Shown here: positions 36,877 through 50,303 of the stretch, piece by piece | How positions within the stretch are numbered: position 1 is the first letter of the stretch | Layout: each line of letters starts with the position of its first letter | Assembly (NCBI RefSeq): GCF_030684315.1 | Contig: NC_081396.1 | Location: 9,415,628-9,479,627 of the forward strand | Source: Stegostoma tigrinum | Taxonomy: Eukaryota | Direction: 5' to 3' | DNA: 64,000 nucleotides | The notes under the pieces: model-generated | What the model was told of the DNA's origin: nothing | The model's input: only the letters and a program-made list of their open reading frames with translations | Database searches by the model: none | Made by a program: the position numbers and the translations under genes

Positions 36877-38394
36877 GAACATAGAACATAGAACAGTACA
36901 GCACAGAACAGGCCCTTCAGCCCACAATGTTGTGCCGACCATTGATCCTCATGTATGCACCCTCAAATTTCTGTGACCATATACATGTCCAGCAGTCTCT
37001 TAAATGACCCCAATGACCTTGCTTCCACAACTGCTGCTGGCAACGCATTCCATGCTCTCACAACTCTCTGCGTAAAGAACCTGCCTCTGACATCCCCTCT
37101 ATACTTTCCACCAACCAGCTTAAAACTATGACCCCTCGTGCTAGCCATTTCTGCCCTGGGAAATAGTCTCTGGCTGTCAACTCTATCTATGCCTCTCATT
37201 ATCTTGTATACCTCAATTAGGTCCCCTCTCCTCCTCCTTTTCTCCAATGAAAAGAGACCGAGCTCAGTCAACCTCTCTTCATAAGATAAGCCCTCCAGTC
37301 CAGGCAGCATCCTGGTAAACCTCCTCTGAACCCTCTCCAAAGCATCCACATCTTTCCTATAATAGGGCGCCCAGAACTGCACGCAGTATTCCAAGTGCGG
37401 TCTAACCAAAGTTTTATAGAGCTGCAACAAGATCTCACGACTCTTAAACTCAATCCCCCTGTTAATGAAAGCCAAAACACCATATGCTTTCTTAACAACC
37501 CTGTCCACTTGGGTGGCCATTTTAAGGGATCTATGTATCTGCACACCAAGATCCCTCTGTTCCTCCACGCTGCCAAGAACACTATCCTTAATCCTGTACT
37601 CAGCTTTCAAATTCGACCTTCCAAAATGCATCACCTCGCATTTATCCAGGTTGAACTCCATCTGCCTCCTCACAGCCCATCTCTGCATCCTGTCAATGTC
37701 CCGCTGTAGCCTACAACAGCCCTCTACACTGTCAACGACACCTCCGACCTTTGTGTCATCTGCAAACTTGCTGACCCATCCTTCAATTCCCTCGTCCAAG
37801 TCATTAATAAAAATTACAAATAGTAGAGGCCCAAGGACAGAGCCCTGTGGAACTCCACTCACCACTGACTTCCAGGCAGAATATTTTCCTTCTACTACCA
37901 CTCGCTGTCTTCTGTTGGCCAGCCAATTCTGTATCCAAGCAGCTAAGTTCCCCTGTATCCCATTCCTCCTGACCTTCTGAATGAGCCTACCATGGGGAAC
38001 CTTATCAAATGCCTTACTGAAGTCCATATACACCACATCCACAGCTCGACCCTCATCAACTTTTCTAGTCACATCCTCAAAAAACTCGATAAGGTTTGTA
38101 AGGCATGACCTACCCCTCACAAAGCCGTGTTGACTGTATTTGATCAAGCCATGCTCTTCCAGATGGTCATAAATCTTATCCCTCAGAATCCTTTCTAACA
38201 CTTTGCAGACGACAGACGTGAGACTTACCGGTCTATAATTGCCGGGGATTTCCCTATTTCCTTTCTTGAAGAGAGGAATTACATTTGCCTCTCTCCAGTC
38301 CTCAGGTACGACTCCAGTGGAGAGCGAGGATGCAAAGATCTTCGCAAGTGGCGAAGCAATTGCATTTCTCGCTTCCCAAAGCAGCCGAGGACAA
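36877..38394 (-). mobile_element. Young 5'-truncated CR1 LINE with uninterrupted RT C-terminal ORF (36963-38201)
   Basis: QHGF, DFSKAFDKVPH, GVPQGSVLGP, FADD motifs and a (ttctatg)n tail. Short attta repeat at both ends. Absent in A1. Inserted ~28 nt after the GPCR stop. Confidence 0.95.
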
Positions 38395-40639
38395 ATTTAT
38401 ATTGTCATATGTCCTTTTCCAATCTGGTGTCACACATAGATCACCTTCATGTGACGATTTGAAAACAAATAAGGAACTCTGCATTAAAATATAAATCAAA
38501 AACTATTCTTATTTAGTTTCTAGCACTAGTGAATTTTGTTTACTTTCACCTAATGCCTTTCCTCTGAGCTCAAGGATGCAAATTATGTAGGGTGAGAAAG
38601 GAGTAATAATTGAGAGTCACTGAAAAGGATAAAAGTAATTGTACATTCATATTTCCTGACACAGGACATACTCCTGGAATAGTACATGACCTGGATGTCC
38701 TATACCATGATACACAGCTACGTGCAGTCCCATGATGCTGAACCAGGTGTTCGGGCATTTGAAGACATGATGATACCTCCAGAGGTATGTCATCATTCTC
38801 ATGTGGCTGTTCACCCATAATTCCAACAGTTTTCTGAAGGAATGGCCATAGGTTTCGTGCTCCTTTCAAACTGCTCAAGTCAGTCTATGCTGCTCTCGTT
38901 GGAGCCTGACACTGGTACACTCAGTGGATTCACTTTGGTGGAAGGTGCAGTGAAAGTTTCGTCGCTCGCCCCGAGAGCTGTACCCCTCATCAGATATGGA
39001 TAGATAGTTTCATCATTTTACTTGGTGTCCGTCTCCTGAAGATGGTGAGCAGGGCAATACAACACCAGGCAGAACCGTCAATAGCCCCATCGATGATGGC
39101 CGGTGTGTACACTTTCTGATTGCTGTTCTAACTACTCAACACTTGGACGTTTGCCTGACCCAACATGTACACATGAACGCCATGATCCGAGCGAAAGAGA
39201 GTGCCACCCTATCCCATCTATTACAGTATTTACTTTTTGTGTCCTTAGCACTGATCTGACAATGTGATTTTGCTTACCATACCTACCCAGAACACAGCAC
39301 AGCAAGAATGTTCAGATATATTTAATAACAAATTGTCTGATGACTGACCAATTCTGTGAGTCTTTTATGGAGGGAAGAATGGGTGAAAAATTTTAATTTA
39401 TTCACATTCTAAAATTCTGCAGACTTACAAACATTCGTCAAGTCACAGAAAGATGTTGAAAGAAAGAATTATGCTCCATTTATGATTCCTATGAGGTTAT
39501 TTAGACATCAATTAATTTTGTATATCCCTGCAAATACTTTGGAAGTCAAGGATATTCAGAAAATAGTTATCAAATGGGGTGGATTGTGGATTGAGAGCAA
39601 TTGTTATATTTATATTAACTTTGAAAACATGGACACAACATAAACTGTTTGTTCTATCTGAAAACGAATTCGACAAGATAGTCCCAGTCTCCCTCCAAAT
39701 TAAAATAAAAGCTTTGCTACCTAGATGGATTTTCTTTTTAAAGAATATCTTACCAGTTCTTCAAATAACTCACATAAAATTAATATAACTCAAATCCCTT
39801 TTGCCCAATCTTTAAATAGATCAAAGGTAACTTTCATATCTCCTGCTTCTTCACTTAGGTCTGGCGGCATCACAATGGAAGTCGCTGGACAGCAGCTTAC
39901 AATATGGAAGCAGTGCGTAATCAGTCATTCAGGAATAACTGACCTCAAAAGATTTTATTGTTTTTTCAATCCACTGGATAAGAACATCATTGTTGCCATC
40001 CTGAATCTGATTTCTCTCTCTCTGGTGTCCGGGATGCATTCAAATCCTGAACAAACTGTTCCAATTTTGCTAAGGTTTGTGATCTGGTTGATCTTGTTCA
40101 TGATTTGCAAGAGTCAGGAGTAAATAGTGAACAATGATTTATTCTGACTACATTATTGGAGCTCAATGTGTGCTTTGGCGCACGTGACCACTATGTTTAA
40201 TTCTGCTTTCTTCACATTTTTTGAAGGCTCCATGGCCATCTCTGTATTTACGATCATCACCTGTCACTCCAAGACTCGCTGTTCTTCGTCCATAGTCATG
40301 AGGATGGCCTTATATGGCACACAGCCAGCATTTCCTGTTTACCCTTGTGTGTGAAGTAGATTGTCATGCAAGCATCGAATATTATGTTGTTTTATGAGCA
40401 CAAAAGACATGGCAAATGTATACGACATTGACAGCTGAGGTGTGAATCATGATGCCTCAGGTATGGTTCTGGTAATGAATCATTCAGAGCTGATGGCAGA
40501 GAAATCACAGCTGCCTTACCAGTTTATGGCATACAGACATTCCTACTCTCCTGACAGCTCATCTTATGTGAAGGAACATCTACTTCATTCGTATTGAACA
40601 TCTTCAGCTTAATATTGCCATGTGCAGTCATCTCCTGCA

Positions 40640-41010
40640 TTGTTTTTTTTCTTTATTCATTCACGGGATGAGGGCATGGCTGGCCAGGCAGCATTTATTA
40701 CCCATCCCTAATTGCTCAGAGGACAGTTTAGAGTCAACCACATTGTTGTGCGTCTGGAGTGACATATCGGCCAGACCAGGTAAGGATGGAAGTTTCCTTC
40801 TCTAAATTACATTGGTGAACCAGATGGGTAATTCCTGACCATTAAAAATGGATTTACAGACATCATTAGAGTCTTGATTCCAGATGTTTTATTGAATCCG
40901 GTTCCACTGTACGCTGTGGCAGATTCAAACTTGAGTCCCCAGAATATTACCTGGGTTTTCGGGATTAACAGTCCAGCAATAATACCACTGGACCATCGCT
41001 TCTCCACAGA
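40640..41010. mobile_element. Old SINE-like repeat (related copies ~12780-13030 and ~60330-60650)
   Basis: Shared motifs ggccagaccag...tttccttc(c)ctaa...gaaccagatg...attacctgg...gattaac. Confidence 0.55.
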
Positions 41011-41539
41011 GGTAAACATTCCTCATCATTTTCCAGCACTGCAGATAAAAACGTACCATAAAAAACAATGGCACACCAAGGTTTTAGTTTGAAGGAAGAG
41101 TGCCGTTCGAAAGAAAACAGAGTTTAGGCATTTTTACACCGTAAATAGAACAGCACAGCACTGCAACGGGTCCTTCAGCATACAACGCTTTACCAAATAT
41201 GATGCCAAATTAAACTAATCACTTCTATCTGCTGTTTGTCAATACCCCTCTATTATTCAGGCAGTGCGTTCCTGACGCCTATCACAGGCATGTCCCTCAC
41301 AGGTCCTTTGAACTTGCCTTATACGCAAGCCCCTTGTATGAGGCAAATTATTTCTGGCAATAAAGATTTCTCAAGCAGAAGAGCTTGGAAAACAATGCTT
41401 TCTCATTTTACAATAGTTTAGGCAGATAAAATGTACCTTCAGGCTGAAGGCAGAATATTGAATTCTGTGTTTAAGATTAAATTAAATACAATTTACAGTC
41501 ACATGGTTTTGGAATATGCAGTTAAAATGAATAGAGATT

Positions 41540-42480
41540 TATATCCAATTCAGGTAGAAGATTGTATTTGAGAAGGTGGGACAAGCAACTTGTATTTCTA
41601 AGTTGGACTTCCTCAGAGGATAATGGTAAGTATATTTATCTAAAAGAAAGAAGACAATTCGTAACACTGAATGGGCTATGTCAATGTAAAGTAATGCCGT
41701 TTGATATGAAAAATGCACCAGCCACATTTCAAAGATTACACAATTGTGTGGCATACTTTGAAGACCTGGTGATGTTTTGTCACACATAGAAGGAACATTT
41801 CCAGCAATTATCAGAATTATTCTATCGACTTCAGGAGGCAGACATGGTGATAAACCTGGCTCAGAGTGATTTCAACAAAGCCCAAGTCACATACGTGGGT
41901 GATGTTGTTGGATATGGCCAGGCAGCCTCACAGACTGCCAGAAAAGAGTTACTGGGGAGTTTCCCATATCATCAATGAAGCAAGCAAAACTATGATTCCT
42001 GGGATTGAATGGGTTTTATCGCAAATTTGTACCAAATTTTAGCAGTGTCAATGTTCCACTAACTGACGTATTGAAGAAGTGCAGAAATCTTCAGTGGGCA
42101 GCAGACTGTCGGAAGTCATTTGACAGCCTGAAAGCTGTGTTAACCACTGCCTGAGTATTTGCTACACCTAATGACATAAAGACATTCAAGGTGGCTATCA
42201 GTGCAAGTGATGTGGGTCTCAGTGCTGTACTCTTGCAAGAAGACAATGAGGACATAAAACAACAAATCTGACATTTCTCTGGGAAATTGAATATTCACGA
42301 TAGGAAATATTTCATGATTGCGAATGAGGGTTTGAACTTGGTGTTGGCATCGCAATATTGCAACATTTATGTTACCAGTAATGTGTCTGAGACAGTTATA
42401 AATACTGATCAATTTGAAAATATTTTTCATTCTCATGAATTCCTACTCTCTGGCTCAAATCTTGTTCTGAAAGTTAAGTA
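41540..42480 (+). mobile_element. Gypsy LTR retrotransposon pol relic (RT/RNase H)
   Basis: Decayed CKVMPFDMKNAPATFQRL, FLGLNGFYRKFVPNFS and ASDVGLSAVLLQ motifs. Confidence 0.85.
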
Positions 42481-42684
42481 ACAATGAATCTTTAACATTT
42501 GAGTTGATAGATTGAACAGATCTATGAGCTGGGAACAAGACTGTTGGACTGTTTGTGTCTGTGCTATTTCCGTCAGTGTTGTCAGGACTTTGAGATCAGG
42601 AACCTGCCTGGATGGCTGGAAACCTTTCATTTCTGTCTCCTGCATCTCACAGACTTTACTTGTCGTTGGAAAAACACTTACCTG

Positions 42685-42850
42685 ACGGGTGGCACGCTGG
42701 ATCAGCGGCTCAATGGCTCAGTGTCTACCTCACCTGCCTCACTGAGCCAAGGATCCGGGTTTGATTCTATCTTCAGGCAACAGTCTGTATGGAGGTTGCA
42801 CATATTCTCCATGACCACATGGGTTCCTTCCAGATGCTCCGGGTTCTACA
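42685..42850 (+). mobile_element. tRNA-derived SINE head (HE1/V-SINE-like), decayed
   Basis: ggtggcacg..tggctcagtg...gcctcac...ccgggtttgattc...ctgtatggaggttgcacatattctcc. Confidence 0.55.
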
Positions 42851-43589
42851 CAGCTGGGACTCGATGGACATTCCATAAATGATCATTGACCAAGTGCATA
42901 TTTTACTAAAAATGAAATCCCTGGTCAAATTGTGTGAATAATCGGTAGTTTTGATTAGCTGTTAGCAGTGATCAATATACCTTGGGGTTGTTTGAATAAG
43001 CAAGACAGAGTTGTGCATTTAATCTGTGACCTGGCATGTTTAGTGGCACAAAGCAGAAACCTCGGTTATACTTGCTATTTGAAAAACTATTGCAGACTCT
43101 GACTATTACTGACAAGGGGCAAAGTATACCTCAAATGTATTCATGCATTTCAATCACAGCAGGCCAATAACCAGTAAGCGGTAGGGATTTAGTCCGAGCC
43201 TTTTGGAGGGCATTATCTCAGTGCAGCAGCAGCTGGGAGGCGGGCAGTAACACAGCTAATGGGAAACCTATATGTCCAGCATGGGATGGATTCCGGCACA
43301 GTGTTACACCTCACTTACATTGGAACAGCCAGAGGTGGAGAGGGACGTGGTAACTGTTAAGCCTGTAAATCTAGCATGTTACAGACTCGGGCCACATCTC
43401 TGCAGGGGTCTTAGTTTGGAGCAGCAACAGCAGCTGGGAGGACACAGTAACCAGTAAGCCGATAGATCTAGTGTGGTGCGGATTTGGGCTTTGTCTTTAC
43501 TGGGCACTTATCTCGTAACAGCCAGCGGTGTGGACGGAAACAATGACTGGTAAGCCCTGTAATGTGGCAAAGGTTAGTGGGAAATGAGA

Positions 43590-46550
43590 CGATGGGTAAA
43601 TCTGTAAAGGTCAATAGAAAGCTATGAGTGAAGCTGTGAAGAAACGTAAGATGGATTATGACAGCCAACAAGGTCAGAATATAAAAAACAGACAAGAAAG
43701 GTTTCTACAAATATAAAAAAAACAACAAAAATGTGGATGAGGTAAAGTTTGTTCCATTACAGGATGAGAGGGGGATTTAATAATGCGAAATGAGGAAATT
43801 TCTGAGGCAATTAACAGGGAGTGTCTATCGGTCTTCACGGCAGAAGACCCAAATAACATGTCAAAAATTGATGATAAGTAGAATACGGCTGGTGAGGTCG
43901 ATGGAATGATCATTACCACTAAAGAGTAATGTTGGGCAAGCTAATGGCGCTGAAAGTAGAAAAGTCTCCTGGCCCTGATTGATTGCATCACAGGGTAATA
44001 AACGAGATGGCAGGGGAAATAGCAAATGAGCTTGTGGTAATTTACCAAAATTCACTGGGCTCTGGGGCAGTTCCAGCATATTGGAAAACAGCAAACGTAA
44101 TGCCACTGTTAAAAAAGAAGAGGTAGACAAAAGGTGGGTAACTCTCAGCCCGTTGGGTCAACGTCTGGAGCGGAGAAAATGCTTGACTCTATAAGAAAAG
44201 AAGAAATAACAAGACATCGGCATAGAAATTGTCCCATCATGCAGACCCACCATGGGATCCTGAAAGGCAGGTCATGTTTAAGTAATTTGCTGCAATTCTT
44301 TGAGGACATTCCAGGCATACTGGGCTACATGTAAATGGTGAATTTGGATTTACAGAAGGCATTCGACAAACTGCCACAGAAAATTAGGCTGCATTCAGTA
44401 AAAGTGCAGGAAATTGCCAATTATGGGGAGGAGATTACATAACTAACAGAGCACAAAATGTAGGTACAAATAAATGTTTTTTTTGGGGGGAGGGTTGGCG
44501 ATCAGTGGCTAGTCGTGTGCTGCAGCTATTTACAATTTGCATCGGTGATTTGGAGTTGGGGATCAAGCATAGTGTGTCAACGTGTGCAGATGACACCAAA
44601 ATGAGTGGTAGAGCAAAGTGTGCAGAGGTTGCTGAAAGTCTCCAGAGAAATATAAGTAGGTTCAATGAGTGGGCAAAGGTCTGCCAGGTGGAGTACAATG
44701 TTAGCAAATGTCAGGTCATCCATTTTGGTAGGAATAACAGCAAAAAGGACTATTAATTTAATGGTGAAAAATTGTACATGCGGCCGTGCAAAGGAACCTG
44801 GGTGTCCTTATGAATGAATCACAAAAAACTTAGTTTGCAGGTGCAGCAGGATATTTTGAAAGAAAATGAAACATTGTCCTTCATTGCTCGAGTGATGGAG
44901 TTTAAAAATACAGAGGTTATATTGCAGCTGTATAGGGTGCTGGTGAGGCCACACCTGGAGTACTGCGGACAGTTTTGGTCTCTTTATTGGGCAAAGGATG
45001 TAATGACAATAGAGACGTTGCAGAAGAGGTTTACTGGATTGATTTCAGAGCTGAGAGGAGTGACTTATGAGGAAAGGTTGAGAAAACCGAGAATATACAT
45101 ATCAGAATTTAGAACAATTTGGCGGGGCGGGCGCTATTTTCTGGAAAAGTATAAATTACGAAGGCACTAGACAAGATAGAAAGTAGTGAAGTAGTTTAGG
45201 TTACCTCATTTAATGTGTTTAAGGCATAGGTAGAGTTTTGAACAGTAAAGGAATTAAATGTTATGGTGAATAGGTGGGTAAGTGGATCATAGTGTACAAG
45301 AGCAAGGAGGTAATGCTGAGATACCACAGTGTGGAGCTGGAGGAACACAGCGGGTCAGGCAGCATCAGAGGAGCAAGAAAGCTGATGTTTTGGGATGGGA
45401 CCGTTCAGGGAGATAACTGTGTTGTATCAGACTCCAATATCGGCGGTTCTTACTATCTCTGAGGTGATGTTGAAGTTGTACAGAACATTAGTCGTATCAC
45501 AGCTGAACTATTATGTGCAGTTCAAGTCACCTCACTGCAGGAAGGATACGGTAACACTAGAGTGGTTACAGAAGAGGTTGAACAGGATGTTGACTGGGAT
45601 GGAGAAATTGAGCTTTAAGGAGAGATTAGATAGAACAGAGAACATAGAACACGATGTTGTGCTGAACTTTTACTCTAAACTTTAGGTCTGTCTAACCTCG
45701 AAACCCTACCTTATTCTATCATCTACATGCGCATCTCATAGCCCCTTAAATTCCCATAACCCCACTACCCTCTCCGGCAATGCATTTCACGCCCCTACCA
45801 CTCTCTGAATAAAGAACATACCTGTGACATCACCCCATATCTACCTTCACTCACTTTAAAACTATGCCTCCTCGAAATAGTTATGTCCACCTTTGGAAAA
45901 AGTCTCTGGCTGTCTATTCTATCTCTACTTCTGATCATTTTGCACACCTCGATCAAGTCACCTCTCATCCTTTGTCGTTCTAAACAGAAAAGAACTGGCT
46001 TTCTCAACCTTTCCCCGAAAGACCTTGACTCCATTTCAGGACATATCCTAGTAGATCTCCTCTGCACCTTTTCCAATGCTTCCACATCTTTCCTGTCATG
46101 AGATCATCAGACTGAACACAATACTTCAGATGTGGCCAAACCAGGGTCTTACACTGTTTCCTTTAGAGCAGAGAAAACTGAGGGGTGACATGAATTAGGT
46201 TATGAGGGGCATGGAGAAGTTGAATCGAGAGCAGCCGTTCCGCTTGTTGGTGGGGTCAATCACAAGAGGAGACAGTTTTAAGCTAAGGGACAGGAGAGTC
46301 AGAGGGAATTTCGGGAAAAATAAAACTTTTCCATTCAGTGGGAGTTGGAAATCTGGATTGCACCGCCTGGGAAGGTTGAGGAGCCTGGAAACCTTACAAC
46401 CTTTAAAGAAATATTTTGACGAGTGCTTCAAATATCATAACATTCAAGGATATGGGACAAGTGCAGGAAAATTGGGATCAACGCACTTTGAGTGGCAGTT
46501 ATGTCAGAGCAGACTCAATTGTTCAAAGAGCTTTTTCCAGGCTGTATGAA
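43590..46550 (+). mobile_element. Cluster of old CR1 LINE fragments with a nested short repeat (~45318-45460) and a nested minus-strand CR1 (~45632-46152)
   Basis: Decayed RT motifs (GRSCLSNLLQFFED, ADDTKMSG, LVRPHLEYC) on +; MEALEKVQRRSTR... on -. Confidence 0.85.
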
Positions 46551-47899
46551 TCTGTGAATTGAAACAAAGGAGTCGGGAATTTGGCCCTTGTGTTCTGCCA
46601 TTCCATGAGATCAAAGCTGATCTGTGGTTCATCTCAATAGGACTGCCTTTGGCTCAGATCACTTAATGCTGTTGCTTTACATGAAAAAAAAACTATCTCA
46701 GAATAAATGACCAAACTGCACCTGATCTCATTGAAAAATCTGAACGTTTAGACTTACTTCTCCATGTGTGATCCTGTTTACTCAGTTGTTGGCCTGACTG
46801 TCAAATTCAGTTATCCTGAAAGGAAAGACGATCCCACAAACATCACCAAGACAAAGTCATTAACTAAGCGGTCTCTCTTAAGATTAACTTTCACTCAAAT
46901 TCTTGCTCTTATCCGTTGACATTCTGGTGAGTCACACCATGATGTATTATTCCCATTTTTTCCTTGCTGACATTCGTCTGTCAACATTCTCCAGCTTCAA
47001 TTACTGTGTTGCATCAAACTTCACACATTCAACTCATTGCCATCCAATCTCACCCATGAGGCCTGGGGACTTTTTACAGTCTCATAATATATTTACTGCA
47101 TCTGCTCATTCTCAGAAAATTTCAAGTCAAAAATTCATTTGATTCTTAAGGTAGTCCCTTATTTGTGTGTCTGAGTCCAGGCTTTGTGGTTTTGAAATGC
47201 CTGATTCACAATATATAAGAACATAAGAGCGAGGAGAAAGACAAATTATTCAATCCATCAAGCCTGCTCCACTATTTATTATCACTATCAGTGATCACAT
47301 CTCAGCCTCAGTTCTACTTTCCTGCCTCCTCTTCATAATCTTTCACTCTGTTAAAAGTCTATCTCCTCAGATCTACTCAATACCTTGGCATACACCATCC
47401 TCTCGGGTTGTGAAAGTCACAGATTCATGTTCCCTTGAGAGAAATAATTTCCCTGCACATCGATTTTAATTCTGCTACACTATTTCCTAAAACTGTGACA
47501 TCTCATTCTAAGTTACCACATAGAAAGAAACATCCCTTCCATCTACTCTATCAAGCCCCTTCAGATTCTTGGATGCCTCAATTATATCGATCATCATTTT
47601 TAGCTATGATAGTCAATAAATATTGATTCCCGCTTTTTGTTTTAGACCGGGGTCCTATGCAGTCAACCAGGACCCTTTTAAAATGTTCCTCAAATGTGTG
47701 AGTGAGTACAAACAGTGCTGGTTTTTACCACTGCCTGATATATCTGGCAAAACTCAACCCCATCTTTATGCAGTTAGGCCAAAAAAACAGACTTTTTTTG
47801 TATTTTGGATAACAAAGTGTGGAGCTGGATGAACACAGCAGGCCAAACAGCATCTGAGAAGCACAAAAGCTGACGTTTCGGGCCTAGGCTCTTCATGAA

Positions 47900-50303
47900 G
47901 TTTTCTTCATTCCTAAGTTACTTCCCATTGGTAATTTATGTGCTATCCTCAACACCTCTTTTCTATTACACACTGGAAATATAACTTGATGAACTGCTGC
48001 CGATTTTTCATTTGCCTGAAAATGTAATATTTTCCATCTCCTCATCAAGACTTCATTTCTGAGATGGTAACATTCTGGGATACACTCAGGTTCTTCTTCT
48101 ATGTATGTGTCTCCTTATACAAGTGCTTTACGTCTGCATCTTCTTGTTGTAATTCAACTAACCTCTTTGAAGTAAAAGTATCCACTTTGGCCTCTGTCCA
48201 TTCTTTTCTTCTTTGCCCAACCATTTGAATAAACATTGTTCCTAATAATTGAAGCTCAACTTCCTCATCTTGACTCCTTGGTTTCTCCTTTTTCAACTTG
48301 TGTCTTTGCGACCTAATAACCATATAGTCATGAAAAATCCCAAGATATACTCCCTGTAACATGTCAGTTGTGTGATGTTAGACAATAGACAATAGACAAT
48401 AGGTGCAGGAGTAGGCCATTCGGCCCTTCAAGCCAGCACCACCATTCATTATGATCATGGCTGATCATCCACAATCAGTATCCTGTTCCTGCCTTACCCC
48501 CATAACCCTAGATTCCACTATCTTTAAAAACTCTATCTACCTCTTTCTTGAAAGTATCCAGAGAGTTGGCTCCACTGCCTTCTGGGGCAGAGCATTCCAT
48601 ACATCCACCACTCTCTGGGTGAAGAAGTTTTTCCTCAACTCTGTTCTAAATGGCCGACCCATTATTTTTAAACAGTGTCCTCTGGTTCTGGACTCACCCA
48701 TCAGCGGAAACATGCTTCCTGCCTCCAGAGTGTCCAATCCCTTAACAATTTTATACGATTCAATCTGATCCCCTCTTATCCTTCTAATGGCTTTTCCAAT
48801 GGCTTTTCAACCTCAGGAGGCATCACTCCCACTCCAGCCAGCAACATAATTTCCAAAGATAAACTCGATTTCTGAAACCAAGAATAGCTCTTTTATTCCT
48901 TCCAAAACTTCGCCACTTTTCACCCGACTCTCCAACCTCACTTTATACAACAGAACATTGCGCTTCTCATCATGAAAGACTGCCATTCCCTCATATCATT
49001 TAAATTTTAATTTCATTACATGCTCCTCCAGGCATATATGAGTACACCTCACTCCCGCAAGTAAATTCTTTGAAGAGATCTGGCATTTTCTTCTCAACAA
49101 ACGTTCTGATCAGGAAGAACATTCTGGTGCAGCTTTTTAGGTTCCACTGTGTTTTCCTTCACCACTTCAACAAGACTCACTCTTTTATCCTGTTTTTTTT
49201 CATATTCATCTTCCCAGTGCTTTATCTAAACCACCAACACCGTGATTTCATGTGGCCTCATTTATTACAGTGAGTTTCTTTTACTTCTGTTTCCTCTCTG
49301 CTCTTTCACATTAGTTCTCACTACTTCAGGGAGTGAAGCTTTGAACTCCTCCAAAATAATCGTCTTTTGAAGAGCACCAGAAGCCTGATCTATTGTTAAT
49401 GCTCATACCCACCTATCGAAGTGACTTTGTCTGATCTTTTCAAACTCAATGCATGTCAGACCAGGTTCACTTCTGAGATTCCAGAAGCATTGTCTGTTGG
49501 CTTCTGGCACTGGCTCATTGCCCGGAATTTGGCTTTTGTTTTAAACTCATTTTCCTCTTCAGATGTCTTCTCTGAGAGTGATGTGAATACCTCACTAGCT
49601 CTACCTCCAAACTTTGTTTGGATTAATGATACCCATTAGGTCACCAGGCATTTCATTTATTTAGCCACTTTCTCAAATGAAATGATAAAATCTGCGTATT
49701 TTTTTGAACTTTGGAAATGCTTGGACATATTTAAACAGATTCCCACCAGGGCTTTGGCTACAATGCGATGACTCTCCATCAGTGTCCTCATCACTATCCC
49801 TCCCTTCCACCTCTCCCTTCACCACAGTAAGTGAACTCTGAGTTTCAGTTCCAACCTCCGAAGTTTACAAACTCTCTTTCTCCATTTGTTTTCCTTTCAA
49901 TTGGAACTCAAACTATTGCACTTCCTTTTCCTGCTTGAGCTACTTCATTTGTAGTTGAATCTTAGCTATTTCCAAAGATTCTGTTGGAACGTCTGGCAAT
50001 CATAAATGTTGAACTAGAGCTGCGAACCTTCCCTTTTTTGTACGGACATTGGTAACCCACCTCCAGGTTGTCTGCCAGTTCCAAAAGCTTTACTTTGCTC
50101 ACTCTCTGTAGAACTCCTTAAGTGGCCTGTTGCACCCACAGAAACTCTTAGTGACTGAAAGAGCCACTATTATACAAGACATGCCTTGTTTAAATCAACC
50201 AACACCCAAAAATAAACAAACACTCGTCATTCACTGTCTTTGAGTCCAATAATCCCACCCCAATTCGAATTGGATAATTTCATCCTGACAAGAGACCACA
50301 ATT
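47900..50303 (-). mobile_element. Gypsy-like LTR element internal region (gag/protease side), decayed
   Basis: Decayed gag-like coding on the minus strand (...LVELQQEDADVKHLY). It is adjacent to a probable LTR with a PBS-like tggtctcttgtcaggat. Confidence 0.6.
48379..48785 (-). mobile_element. CR1 3' fragment nested in the Gypsy relic
   Basis: (agacaat)n tail. Same subfamily as 8845-11147. Confidence 0.9.

Larger units (their letters stand above)
25680..39770 (+). repeat. Segmental duplication unit A3 (V segment + intact GPCR)
   Basis: Collinear with A1. Confidence 0.9.

Noticed and set aside
37395-37980. Long plus-strand ORFs here and at 62632-63370, and antisense ORFs 15618-15908 and 36371-36661
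   Set aside because: These are shadow frames antisense to CR1 RT or GPCR coding sequence.
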